A stretch of DNA of 64,000 bases from an uncultured Planctomycetaceae bacterium (GTDB lineage: Bacteria; Planctomycetota; Planctomycetia; Isosphaerales; Isosphaeraceae). The stretch is from the NCBI GenBank assembly GCA_963833985.1, contig CAWIAD010000002.1, forward strand, positions 2,240,001-2,304,000, given 5' to 3'. The position numbers and the translations under genes were made by a program. The notes under the pieces are model-generated. The model was not told the origin of the DNA. It did no database searches and worked only from the letters and a program-made list of their open reading frames with translations. Of the stretch, positions 41,421 through 54,200 are shown piece by piece. How positions within the stretch are numbered: position 1 is the stretch's first letter; every line of letters starts with the position of its first letter.

Positions 41421-44400
41421 TCAATTCACGCCGGTCGGAGCGTTCTCGTTCGCGTCCATCCGGAGAGTGAAATCCTTCATCTGATAGATGACCTTGCCAT
41501 CCACGAGCAGATGACCATCCGCCTTCAGCCACCGCCGCGCGTCGTCGCGGCCGGTGATCACCGCCCGGGTCTCCACCTGCCGGTTCGCCGCCAGGACCTG
41601 GCCGCGGTAGACCCAGGAGTGCGGGTCTGCCAGCCCCGGCGACTCGAACCGGGCACCCGCCTCTCTACCCCAGAACTCCAAGGCCATGACTTTAAGCAGT
41701 TGCAGCAACGATTCCAACCCCAATGATCCGGGCCAGACCGGATCGCCCAGGAAGTGCGCCTCGAAAAACCATGCGGCCGGATCCACGTCGATGGACCCGT
41801 TGATGACGCCGAGTTTCTGCGGCCCGCCGTCACGGACCAGGGAGTCGATGCGCTGGACCATGCGCCACCGCGGGTCGGGCAGGGGGGATTGATCGGGCAA
41901 CGGGAACGCCAGCGCCGCGGCGCGTTCCGCCTCCGTCAACGCATACGGCGCCGCGTCGCGGATGCCCACCTGTTCGGCCAGCGCCTCGGGATGGAAGAAC
42001 CCAAAATAGGTGGTTCCTTCGAACACGAGTTCCTGGCGGCACGAGACGCGGAACTCGTAATGCTGGAGGATCATGCCGGCTGAACGGGTGATCTGTGTGG
42101 CCTTGACCTCCGTCGTGAGCGTGCCGGATGTGGGACCAAGCAGGGCACGCTGGCAGGCCGTCCCTCCCAGGTTCCGGAACTTGAGGGGACGGTCGCTGGC
42201 CAGCGCCGAGCCCATGTAGGCGGAGACCCACCCGCATGCCTGGAGCGCCGCCTCCAGCAGCACGGCGTAGGGCACGCGGTCTTGCCGGTCGGCCTGGAAG
42301 TACCATGCGTCCGGCGGGATGTCGTATTCCGCCACGGCGGAAGTGCCTGCCGCCATGGTCCATGCGTCCCCCTGCACGCCGACGATCCGGTCCAGGAACG
42401 AGTAGGGGGGCCGGGGCAGCCGGGCAATGAACCGGCCGTCGTCGAAGACGCGATAGCGATCGCCGAAGCCTGCCGACGGCTTGCCCGTGGCAAATGCGAG
42501 GATCTGTTCCTTGCCATAAAGGACCGGCGCTGCGGCCGGCGCCGGCTCGCGACAGGGCTTCCAGAGCTGCTCCAGCTCGCTCCGGCTCGTTCCCGAGAGC
42601 CTTAGGGCCATATCGCTGATCTCGACGATCGGCTTGCCATCGGCGTACATGAGCGCATCGGCAATGGCGAACGGTTCCGGGCCGTAGCCCAGCTCCTTGA
42701 CCGTCACCTCGTAGACCACTTTCCGGGTGGACTCGACGACCTGCCCGCGGCACCGCAAGCGGTTGGCCACGCCCGGCAAGGGCTCGTAAGCGACGCGCCC
42801 GTTCTGGCCGATCCAGCCAAGACGCATCAGCAAGATGCGCAGGGTGTGCAGACAGCACTCGTACATCAAGGTCCCCGGCATCACGCGGTCGTCCACGAAG
42901 TGGCAGACCATGAACCAGTCGCCGGGGTGGATGTCCGCCTCGGCGCGGATCAGACCCAGGCCGAACCGGCCGCCGGTCGGGTTCAGCTCCAGCACGCGGT
43001 GGACCAGCGTCATGCGTCCGCCGGGCAAGGGCAGAGGATCGCGCAGGTTGATCCGGTCGAAGGGTGCTCCGAATGCGCCGGAGAGGTCACCCCGGCGGAG
43101 GGCCTCGATCTGGCCGTCGTCGAGCACCTGTGCTTGTTGCGGAACCAGGTCGGTCCAGTCGGCGGGCTTGACTCCGGCGCGAGGCCGCGCATCGAGCGGC
43201 CGGGGCACCACGCCCTTGCCCGCCGCAAGCTCCGCGGCCGAGAAGAAGCCCGCGCAGCCATCGCGCATCGACAGGAGGGGCTCACCGTCCACAGTGCCGT
43301 CGAACTCGAAGCGGAAGAGGTGCGTCTCGCCCTGGCGGAAAAACCGGGTGATCTTGATGTCGTAACGGATGACCTGGCCAGGCCCCGGCAAGGCGCGGTG
43401 GAACGTGACGGTGGCATCCAGCAGGCGGTACACCGCCAGTCCCTGCGTGACGAGGTCGATGCCGAGGAAGGCCGAGAGGAACAGATCCGCCTGCCCCGAC
43501 TCGATCGCGATGGACGGAGGGATCTTGCCGGCGTCGAGATACCAGTCGCCCGGCAGGATGTCGTGCTCGGTGACAACGCGCCCGTGGGAAAGCGACCGGG
43601 GCTCGCCCTCGATCGCCGTGATCCGGTCCACCAGCATGAGCGGCTCGTCAGGGAGGCGGACGCGCGTGGGATGCCCGTCGATCGGGGCGAAGTCCGGTCC
43701 CAGCACGCGGGCGATCGAGCCGATGGCGAACTCCAGGCACTGGCTGCGGTCCAGCACGCACGCGGTGGCTTCCGCCGCAGCAATCGCTCCCAGCGACGGG
43801 CCATCCCGTTCCCTGGACTGCTGCGTGCCAGCGAGTCTCTCCGCCAGACTGATCTGGTGTGCCAGACCCTCGCTCATGAGGGCGACGAAACGGCTCGAGA
43901 CCTCCAGGTAAGCCCCGTGGGCGCCGGCGGTGGCGGCCTCCATCCTGGCCAGTTGCTCGACAAGAGGCGGCAGCTCATGCGCTGCCGGCTGTGCCTGTGC
44001 CTGTACCTGTACCCGTGCCTGCGCCTGTACCAGCGCCGGCGTCGGCGTCGCTTCCCTTGGCGGCACCGGCCGCGGGCGCGGGGGGGCCGCGGAGCTTTCT
44101 TCCGCGATGCCGAACACGGGGGTCCGCGCCGTCTTGGCTCTGCGGCGGCGTGGCAGCGGAGGGAACTGCGGGGGCCTGGGCCCGGGCGGTACGGTGATCC
44201 GGCGGCCGTTCCGGGAGATCGTCTCCTCGGTTTCGCGGAGCAGGTCGGCCGCGGATGTCGGCGCTCCGTGGAGTGATTGCAGGTTGACGGGAATACGCCA
44301 TGCGATCAGCCGGCCGAGGGTTTCGAGCACGGTCTCCAGGGCGTCGCGGGCGGGGGCACACACGGCGTGCGCCAGGTGCGGCCTGCCGGCGAGGATCCGT

Positions 44401-47400
44401 CCCATCAGCCGGGTGCACGAGCCGCCAGGCCCGATCTCCAGAAACACCCGGAACCCGTCCGCGTAGGCCTGATCGATGACCGCGGGGAAATCGACGACCT
44501 GCGTCGCCTGGGCCGTGATCGCATCGGCGGCCAGGTTACGGTCCGGCCGATACGCTCGGGAACTCACTCCACTGTAGAAGACCAGGTCCGCGGGCGACTC
44601 CGTGGGGTGGTCGTGCAGGGCTCGGTACTCCTGCTCCACGGCGCGGCCAATCTCGCAGTGCACCGTGCTCACCATCGGCAGCTCGAGGAACGAGCACCCC
44701 AGGGCGGCGACAACCGCGCGGACCGCGGCCCGCTGGCCGCCGATCACCGTTTCCTCGGAAGTGTTCCTGATCAGGACGTAGACCCGTGCACGACCGCGGA
44801 GTGCCGTTTCGACCAGGGCGGCCGTGCGCGGGACGATGCCGGCCACCCAGTCCACCGGCTCCGCGGGATCAAGATTCCAGACCCTTTGCGCCGCGAGGCA
44901 AGGACCGGCCAGCTCGGTGGCGAACAGGGGCGACGCCAGAAGTGCTTGCGCCAGCAAATCCCGATCGGTCCACGCGCCGAGCGCCACCAGGGCCGCCGAT
45001 TCGCCCATGCTGTAGCCAATGGCTCCTTGCGGCCGCACTCCCAGGCTCAGGAGCAGGTCGGTCACCAGGCTGCCAACGGCCACCTGGCTGAGGATCGACT
45101 GGCGGTGATCCACGACGCGCGGAGGCACATCCGCGTTCCACCAGGCGTCGGTCGCAAGCTGAGCGCGCAGCGAGCGGCTGCGTTCCTCCTGGCTGCGATA
45201 GACCTGCGGCCAGAGCGCCGAGAGAGCGCGTCCCATGCCCGGAAAGCCGTTCCCGAGCCCGGGGTAGACGAAGGCGACTCGAGCGGCTGCACCTCGCGGC
45301 GGGCCGGGAGAAATGACGAGTGGCTCCCCGGGTCCGCCCATGGCCGTGCCGCGATCGTGAGCTTCCGCGATCGTCCGCCGGAGCTCCGCGAGACCGCGGC
45401 GCAGCATCGCCGGCGAGGCCGCGATCACCGCCGCGCCCAGCTCCCGGCGGAATCCAGCGGGGACTGCTCGTGCCAGCGGCGGGCGAGTGCCTCGATCGGC
45501 GCGTCTTCATTCGGCCCGGCCAGCGCCTCGAGCCGCTCGATCCGTTCCCGCAGACCTGCCCGATCGTCCGCCTCCAGGGCGAACAGCGCCAGCGCGCGCG
45601 CACCAAGCGGCTGCGCACGCTCGGTCTCCAGCACGCCGGTCGGTTGCCGGCCGTCGTTCACGGCCTCGAGCGTGACAGTCTGTGCCGTGCCGCCCAGCCC
45701 GCGGGTTCGGACCTGCGCCGTGCGCGGGCCTTCGGCAGGGTCGCCCAGCCAGAACTGCGGCTCGACCGGGGCCGTTCCCGGACCCTTGTGCCCGGGAATC
45801 ATCTGCTGGTAGACGCACAGGGACGCCCGGACGACCGCGGCGAGTGCGGTCGCTGCGCCCGGTCGGCCGATCGCCGCCTCCACCGAGCCGATGCTGCCGT
45901 GCGAGGAGAGGATCGTCTCATCGGCCTCGGCCGGGCCGATCGCTGACCGCGTGACTGCCTGCGCCTCGCGAATCGCCGCGTACACCCGGTCGCCGTCGCG
46001 GCATGCGTCGTCCAGGCGCTTGAGCACCAGCGCGGCTGCGCCTTCGCCAGGACTGTGGAGCGTTCCGATGCGGCTGGCCGCAAGCACCGCGCGGAGGTCG
46101 CCGGCCAGATCGACCGCTCCGACGATGGCTGTGTCAAGCTGTCCCCGTTGCAGCATGTCCACGGCCACCTGGAGAGCCTGGGTACCCGAATTCTCGTCGC
46201 AAGAGACCGAGAAGCTGGGCCCGCCGATGCGGTACTCGCGGGCGATCCGGCTGGCCACCAGCCCGCCCAGCGAGCCCATCGTCCGGTTCGCCGAGAGCGC
46301 GGGGCTGACCGCCTGCTGGAGCGAGTCGATCCACGCTTCGAGGTCGACGTCGGTGAGCTCGAGCCCGAGCCGGCGGTTCCAGGCCGCGGCCTGCGCGACG
46401 ATCCACCAGCGAAGCTGGTAATTGTTGGTGTTCTGATCGAGCCCAAGGCCGATGAGCACGCCGCTCCTCGGGCTCAAGCGGCCGGCACCGCCCGCGTTCT
46501 CGATGGCATCGGCGGCCACCTCGAGCATGAGCGACTGCTGGGGGAGCATCTCTTCCAGCTCACGCGGGGGGATCCGGAACCGGCCGGCCCTCAGGCGCAG
46601 GGCGTCCAGGTAATGGCCAGGGAACCTGGAGGGCTCCAGCGACGAGTCGTGGCCGGCTGCTTCTGTCCCCGGTACGACCCACCAGCGCCCATCAGGCGGC
46701 GGGGCCGCGGATCTTGAGCGTGTGAGAACCTGCTGCTGGAACGCGCGCAGATCGGCCACGCCGCCGAACCGGGCCGCCATGCCCACGATCGCCACGGGCC
46801 TGGTCGCCTGGGGCGTGCCGAGGCGCGATCGGCGCCCGGAGTGCGGGCCTCGGTCGCTGCGACCAGCGGGCTCGATCCACTCCTCGATCAAGACGTGTGC
46901 GTTGATGCCGCCGAAGCCGAAGCCGGAGAGCGCGGCGCGGCGCGGCAGGGCGGGGTCGCGGCGCGGCCACGGCTCGGGCGAGGTCAGGACCCTGAAGGCG
47001 CTCCCCCAAGTTCCAGCCGGGGGGCCGTGGCGGTCAGATTGGCCGTCGGCGGCAGAATCCCGTGTTTCAGCGCCAGCAGCAGCTTGACCAGGCCCGCGGC
47101 TCCGGCCGCGGTGAGCATGTGGCCCACGTTCGATTTCACCGAGCCGATCACGCACTGGCCGGGCCGCCAGTTGCCGTCCGGATCGCCCCAGAGTTGCCGC
47201 AGGCTGGCGACTTCCACCGCGTCGCCCAGCGGCGTGCCGGTCGCGTGGCATTCCAACAGGTCCACGTCCCACGGGCTCCATGCCGCTTGCTCATAGGCCG
47301 CCCGGAGGGCACGAAGCTGGCCCTCGGAGCTGGGAGCCAGCAGATCGCCCTGCACGTCGTTGGACAGGCCGATGCCCCGGATCACCGCGTGAATCGTGTC

Positions 47401-48223
47401 GCCGGCCGCGATGGCATCGTCCAGCCGTTTCAGCACGAATAACCCGGCGCCCTCGCCGACGACCAGGCCGTCGGCGGCCGCGTCGAAGGGCGCGGGCGTG
47501 CCGCTTGCGGAGAGCGCCCGGAGCTGTGTGAAACCCATCTGCGTGTAGAGCGGATCGGGCCGGGAGACACCACCGGTGAGCATGAGATCCGCTCGACCTG
47601 ATTGCAGCTCGTCACTGGCAAGCTTGAGCGCGTAGAGCGACGAGGCGCAGGCTGCGTCGAGCGTGAACTGGACGCCGCCCAGACCAAGGGCCTGGGCCAC
47701 CAGCGCCGCGGGAAGGCCTGCCGGAAAGGCGTCGAGGGGCTCCGTCCTGCCCGTGGCAGGATCGTCCACCCCGAGCGCTTTCTCGATGAACGCGCCGAGG
47801 ACTTCCCGCGAGTGCGCCGAAGAGCCCTCCGTGGGGAGGACGATGTTGCCGAAGATCACGCCCGAGCGGCTGCGGTCCACGCCTTCGGTGCGCGGCCGAG
47901 CTCCAGGCCATCCGTGCCCCACGCAGGACCAGCCGGAAGACGGGGTCGAGACGACCGACCAGGCCGGGGTCCAGGTTCAGGCCGTCGAGATCGCAAGCGA
48001 GCTCGCCGACGAAGCCGCCTCGGGTGGAAATCACCCGGTCGGGCCGCGGTCCTTCAGGGTCGCAGGCGCACAACGGATCGAGCAGCCAGCGGCCGGCGGG
48101 TACTTCCGTGGTGGCATCCACGGCCCCGACGATGTTCGCCCAGAATTGATCCGGCCCGCCGGCTCCGGGGAAGGTCCCCCCGTAGCCGACGATGGCGATT
48201 GCTGCGTCGTCTGGCGTGCTCAT
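41421..48223 (-). CDS. pfaC: PUFA synthase PfaB/C-type fused subunit: KS-CLF-AT-FabA-like DH domains (frameshifts near 47895, 47005, 45440)
   Basis: KS DAACASS/HATGT/GHMLTAAG; second KS-like domain lacking the Cys motif; AT GYSMG; DH motifs HFVDDRVMPG and HFLGDPVWPG; four ORFs in series. Confidence 0.85.
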
Positions 48224-48240
48224 GGCGGCCCGGGCCTCGA

Positions 48241-51200
48241 TCAGCTCGAGGCGGTTTCAAGTTGTGAGAGACGGTTGCGGCGGAATGCGTGGTTGAGCGC
48301 GGAGTCGATCACGCACTCGTAGCCTTCAATGCGTGCCACCAGCTTCCCCTCCGCGTCGACAAGCTCGATGTCGGCCACGGCCCGGTGCCTGGAGTGGTCG
48401 CGCACGCTGGCAAGGACTCGAACGCCCTGGGCGGGAAACGCCTTGCGGAACTGGCGGTACGCTCCAATCGCAGTGGGCAGCGAATTGGATCCCAGGTGTT
48501 CGCGGGTCCACAGTACCACCAGCTGAAAGGCCGCGTCGATAGCCAGCGGATCGGTGATCCAGGAGCGCCGCAAGGGACGCTCGATCCACGCGGCCGGCGG
48601 CGGCGACGTCGCGGCCCAGCCTGCGATCAGGCCGTCATTCCAGCCGTCGATGCGCTGGATCGCCTGCATGGCCGGCCCATGGAAAAGCACCCGGCGATAG
48701 ATCTCCGCGTGCTCGGTGGCCGTGGGAGCAAGCCGGGTTTCGCAGATCAGCCGCTCTCCGGCAGGGTACTGGGCCGCGAGCATCACGCTACCGCGCGCGT
48801 GGGTGATCTCGCGGCCGCTCCCGAGCATGCCGCGGAGCTCCACGGTCGCCAGGATCGAGGCGTTGCCCCGGGGCTGGCCCTTGTCCGCGCGGAGCGAGAC
48901 CGTCACGGCCCTTTGGTCACGCAGCACCACACCCTTGTGCAGCTTGACGTTTTCCACGCTCTGCACCACCAACCCCGGATGCCGGTGCGCCGCGGTTTCG
49001 GCCAGCCATTCCAGGATCAGCGCCATGGGCAGTACGGCGTGGCCATCAATGACATGGTCGCGCAGTACCGGCAGAGCATCCATGTCGATGCGCCGCTCGA
49101 AGACCGGCTCGAGGTGAGTCGTCGGGCGAGGTTCCAGCGCGGGTGCGGCCGTCGGGGAATGGCCGTGTCCGTGCGTCCTGGCGGACGCGGCGTCCGGCTC
49201 GCTGGCGGCCCTGGCCAGCACCACAAGCTCCACGGGAAGCTCAGCGCCCTTCTGGATCTCATGGACGAGCAACCTGGCTCCGTCGCCAGGCGGAATCAGG
49301 CCCAGGCCCTCGCGCTCGAACATGGGCTTGAGCGCGGCGGTGACCATGCCGCCGTCCCAGGGGCCCCAGTTGAACGCCACGACCCGGCAGGACGACAGCT
49401 CACGGGCCAGCTTCTGAGCAAACTTGTTGAGCCACTCGTTGGCGGCGGCATACGCTGCCTGGCCGGTGCGGCCGAACCGCGCCGTGGACGAGGAGAACAC
49501 GGCCAGAAATCGCAATTGCTGCGGGTCCACGGCTTCCATGAGCGACCACAGTCCGTCCACCTTCGTGTCGAAGACCTGCGCGAACTGGGAGTCCGTGAGG
49601 TCCTCGATCCGCCTGTCCGCGAGGACCCCCGCGCCGTGGACCAGACCGCGTACCGGCCCGGCTTGCCGGCACACCGCGGCCAGCAGCCCGTGCACCGCCT
49701 CTCGGTCGCGGACGTCGACGGCGTGATAGCTGACCTCGGCACCCGCCTCCGCAATCCGCTTCAGATTGCCGCGGATCTCCCGCTGAGACAGGATCAGCCG
49801 CAGGTGCTCGTTCACGGCCTGGGGCGGGCACGGTTTCTCGGCATGCTCGAGGATCGCCCTGCGGATCGCGGCTTCGCTCGGGAGCCCGGCCAGCCAGGCT
49901 GGCTCCTCGCCTGGTTCCGGCGTGCGGCCCAGCAGCACCAGCCGCGGCCGGCTCGACCGGGCAAGCTCCAGGGCGGCCTCCGCCGTGATGCCCCGAGCTC
50001 CGCCGCTGATCACCACGACGTCGCCTTCTCGAAGCCCGGGCGGAGGCGTTTCCTCGCGCTGGGGGCGGACATGCGGCACCAGCTCGACTCCGTAGGTGGA
50101 GCGGGCGGTCAACCCGACCTCGACCGGGCCCCCGGAAAAGAGCTCGGTGACGAGCCGGTCGGCGGCCTCCGGACTCTGGAACGACGCGTCCAGGTCCACG
50201 GCCTTGCAGTGCACCTCGGGCCATTCGTGGCTTGCCGTTTTCGTGAGCCCCGCAAGCGCGCCCGAGACGGGGTTGATGGATCCGGCCAGGCCGTTCAGAC
50301 CCAGGAGACCGTCCAGGCGGGAAACGGTCATCAGCACCGCCCCACCGCGCTCCGCTTGCCGTCTCAGTGCCGGACCCGCGGTACGAATGAGCCGGAATGC
50401 GTGCTTGACCAGGTCGACCCCTGCTGCCGAAGGCGGTGCAAGGAGGATCATGCCCGCCAGGTTGTCGGCCGGCGCAGGCGTGGCGGCGTCGTGGTCGATC
50501 ACCTGAACCTCGTGTCCCAGGCCGGTGAGCCGATGAACCAGCGCCGGGGTCAGCGGGCTCCGGTCGTCGACCAGCCACAAAAGGCTTCCGGGGGGAAGGG
50601 CCAGACGCTCGCGACGATGCGGATCGGCCAGCGGCCGCGCGTGCGGCACGAGGCATTCGAGCGTCGCATGGACTGGCCCGGCCGCCGGTGCAGAGGCCGG
50701 GGCTGCTGCCGCGGGAGCGGGTTCGGGCGCCTGAGCAGCTCGGCCTTCCTCCGCGGGGACCGATGGGGTGCCCGTTGGATGGTCGAGGAATCCGGCGATC
50801 TGTCGGAGCGTGCGGAGAGTGCCAAGCTGTTCGGGCCCGACGAGTGGTGCATCGGGGAGCCTGTCCTGGATGGCGGAGAGGATCTCGACGCGTTTGATGG
50901 AGTCGATGCCGAGGTCATCGTCCAGCATCATGTCGAGCTCGAGCATCTCGGCGGGGTAGCCGGTCTTCTCCGCCACCACCTCGAGGAGCACGGCGGTGCA
51001 GTGGGCGGCATGGTCCATCGTGTGCTGGTCGCCGTTGCGGGAGGGAGAACTCGTGGCGGATGTGAAAGCGGCTGTGGCCGCGTGCGCGGGTTGCGGATGG
51101 TCGAGGAATCCGGCGATCTGTCGGAGCGTGCGGAGAGTGCCAAGCTGTTCGGGCCCGACGAGTGGTGCATCGGGGAGCCTGTCCTGGATGGCGGAGAGGA

Positions 51201-54200
51201 TCTCGACGCGTTTGATGGAGTCGATGCCGAGGTCATCGTCCAGCATCATGTCGAGCTCGAGCATCTCGGCGGGGTAGCCGGTCTTCTCCGCCACCACCTC
51301 CAGGAGTACGGCGGTGCAGTGGGCGGCATGGTCCATCGTGTGCTGGTCGCCGTTGCGGGAGGGAGAACTCGTGGCGGATGTGAAAGCGGCTGTGGCCGCG
51401 TGCGCGGGTTGCGGATGGTCGAGGAATCCGGCGATCTGTCGGAGCGTGCGGAGAGTGCCAAGCTGTTCGGGCCCGACGAGTGGTGCATCGGGGAGCCTGT
51501 CCTGGATGGCGGAGAGGATCTCGACGCGTTTGATGGAGTCGATGCCGAGGTCATCATCCAGCAGCATGTCGAGCTCGAGCATCTCGACGGGGTACCCGGT
51601 CTTCTCCGCCACCACCTCCAGGAGTGCCGGTACGACATGGGGTTGAGCATGCGGGGCAGGCCGGTCTGGCCCGCTTGCCGGTCCGTGCATGGCGGCTTCC
51701 GCGCCTTGCGAATGAGCCCGGCCGTTCACCGCTTCGAGGGCGCCCCTGTGATCCTTGGCTTCCGTGAGTTTGAGCGGCGGAGCGACCGCAAGGTCTCGAC
51801 CTGCCAGCACCGCGGGCGCGGCAGGTTCCGGCGGGCTGCTGGGGAAAGCAGCGCTCTGGCCGAGCATGGTCGCGGTGAGCCGATGCTGCCTTTCGAGCAG
51901 GGACTGGAAGGTCTGCTGGGTTGCGGCCTGCCCTTCCAGAAACTGGCGGTGCAACTGTGCCGTCTGCTCGGCCAGTCGCTGTAGCGCGAGCAGGTTGTCC
52001 TGGGTCTGGCGGAGGGCCAGGCCCAGCGCGGTCTGGCCGGAGGCCGGCATGGGTTCAAAGTGTGCTGCCGTCGCCGTGGCCCGAGCCGGGACAGCGGCCG
52101 CCGTGGCCCGTGCGGCTGTGGAACCTGAGGCGGGCTTTCCGTTGCCGTCAGACTGCATGTTCAGCTCGGAAGGTTTCATGGTCCGCTCGAAAGAAACAGG
52201 CTCACCGGCGTGGTGATGGCCGTCGGCATGCTGCGGCTGTGCCGCGGTCGCAAGAATCTTCGGCGCTCGATCCCGCGCCGCCGCCGCCGGCCGCTCACCG
52301 GTCGAGGGCGCGGTGACTTCCGGCACCCCGCGCGGGCCGGTAGCGGTCGTCGCGAGCGCAGTCCGTGCGGTCCGGGACGGTGTGGGATGGGCGCCAGAGA
52401 CCTTGACTGTCAGGCTCTTCCGCCTCGCCGCCGGCGGGGACGCGGGCGCGGGAAGGGCATCATCCCAGCGAGAGAGCTTGACGGGGAAGCCGAGCGCGGC
52501 CAGCCGCGCCAGGGCCAGGGCCAGTCCGATGAGGTCTTCGTCCTCGCCGTCTCCGGCGGAGCCCTGGACGGCGATGGCATGGTGTTCCCGGCCATCGAGG
52601 ATCGACCGCACCAGTCCGGTCAACCGGGTCCCCGGTCCCACTTCCAGAAACGTATGGGCCCCCATCTGGTACATCGCCTCGACCTGGGCCACGAATTCCA
52701 CGGGCCGCGCGAGCTGTCCGGCCAGTAGGTCCCGGGCCGCTTCCGGATCGGCGGGGTAGGGGGCAGCCGTGCTGTTGCTCATGACGGGAAGCGTACCGGG
52801 TTTGACCTCGATGCTCGTCAGGAAGTCGCGCAGACCGGCCTCGGCCCGGGCCACCAGACGGCTGTGGAACGCGGCCGAAACCGCCAGCGGCGTCGTCCTC
52901 ACCCCGGCATCGCCCAGCAGCGTCGCCGCGCGTGCCATTTCCGCCGAAGGCCCGGCGAGGACGCACTGGGCCGGAGCGTTCTTGTTGGCGACGACCACGT
53001 CCAGGGCGTACTCCTCGATCAGCCTTGCCACCTGCTCCAGCGGTGCGAGGACCGCCAGCATGGCCCCGGGGTCGCCGTCCCCCGCGCACCCGGCCATGAG
53101 AGCGCCTCGGCGCCGCGAGAGCCGGGCCAGCGCCTCGGCGTCGAGCCGGCCGGCCGCGTGCAGTGCGGTCAATTCGCCGAAGCTGTGCCCTCCAACGAGT
53201 GCGGGGCGGACGCCGAAATCCTCGAGGATCCGCCACAGCCCCACCGACACCGCGCCCAGCGCAGGCTGAGCGAAACGGGTGTCGCGCAGCATTTCGTGCT
53301 GCCGGCGGCGGTCGTCATCCCGGAAACAAGACGGCGGATAGATCAGGTCGCTCAGCCTTGGCTCGCCGTCGCCGGCCAGGCCGTTCCAGAGCGCCAGTGC
53401 GTCCTGCATGTGCGGGAACCGGCAGGCCAGGTCGCAGAACATGCCCACGGCCTGGGATCCCTGGCCCGGAAAGAGCATCGCCAGCGCGCCGCGCTGCGGG
53501 CCGGAACCCATGGAAACCGAGCGAGCGGCGGCCCCGTCGAGGCCGGTGCCTCGCAGGTCCCCGGTCGTTGCCGGCCGGGTGCGGCCGTGTGCGACCTGCT
53601 CGAGCTTCTCCGCGGCTGCCGCCATCAGCCTCGCGGGCTTGAGCCCTCCCCGCCGGCACACAACGAGCACCCGGAACCCGTGCTCGGCGCGAAACGACCC
53701 GCGGCTCTGAGCCGCTTCCTGCCGCACCGTGCTCCACTGCGGCTCGTCCTTCCAGCGGGGGAGCCGCTCGGCAAGGCGGACCGGGTCGGCGTCCGAGTAA
53801 GCCAGGATCTGCACATCGCCGCCCCAGTCGATGGCGGCCGGTTCCGGGCCGGCCTCCTCCAGCAGGCAATGAAAATTGCTGCCGCCGAACCCGAAGGCGC
53901 TGACCGCCGCTCGGCGAGGGTGGCCGCCGCCGGGCAGCCACGGCCGGCTGCTGGCGTTCACGTAGAAGGGCGAGGTCCCCGAGGCGAGCGACTCGATCGG
54001 TTGCTCCACCTTGATCGTCGGCGGCAAGACCTTGTGGTGCAGCGCCAGGGCCGCCTTGATCAGCCCCGCGGCACCCGCGGCCGCCTTGGTATGGCCCACC
54101 TGCGACTTCACGGACCCCAGCGCGCACCACGGCCCGCCCGCGCCGGCTTGCCGGTACACCTGCTCGAGCGCTTCCAGCTCGATCGCATCGCCCACCCGCG

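Noticed and set aside
43988..44030. Short periodic TGTGCC/TGTACC repeats
   Set aside because: Encode an AQ/VQ low-complexity linker in PfaBC
41040..47920. Programmed ribosomal frameshifting in pfaBC/oleA
   Set aside because: No canonical slippery heptamers seen, and similar breaks occur in unrelated genes across the window
50777..51622. Repeats as a CRISPR array or mobile element
   Set aside because: In-frame 318-bp ACP coding units with no unique spacers and no cas genes
48289..51984. 1231-aa plus-strand ORF and other long antisense ORFs (e.g. 19946-22015, 13163-14572, 52864-54537)
   Set aside because: Antisense shadows of high-GC coding genes, with no recognisable motifs
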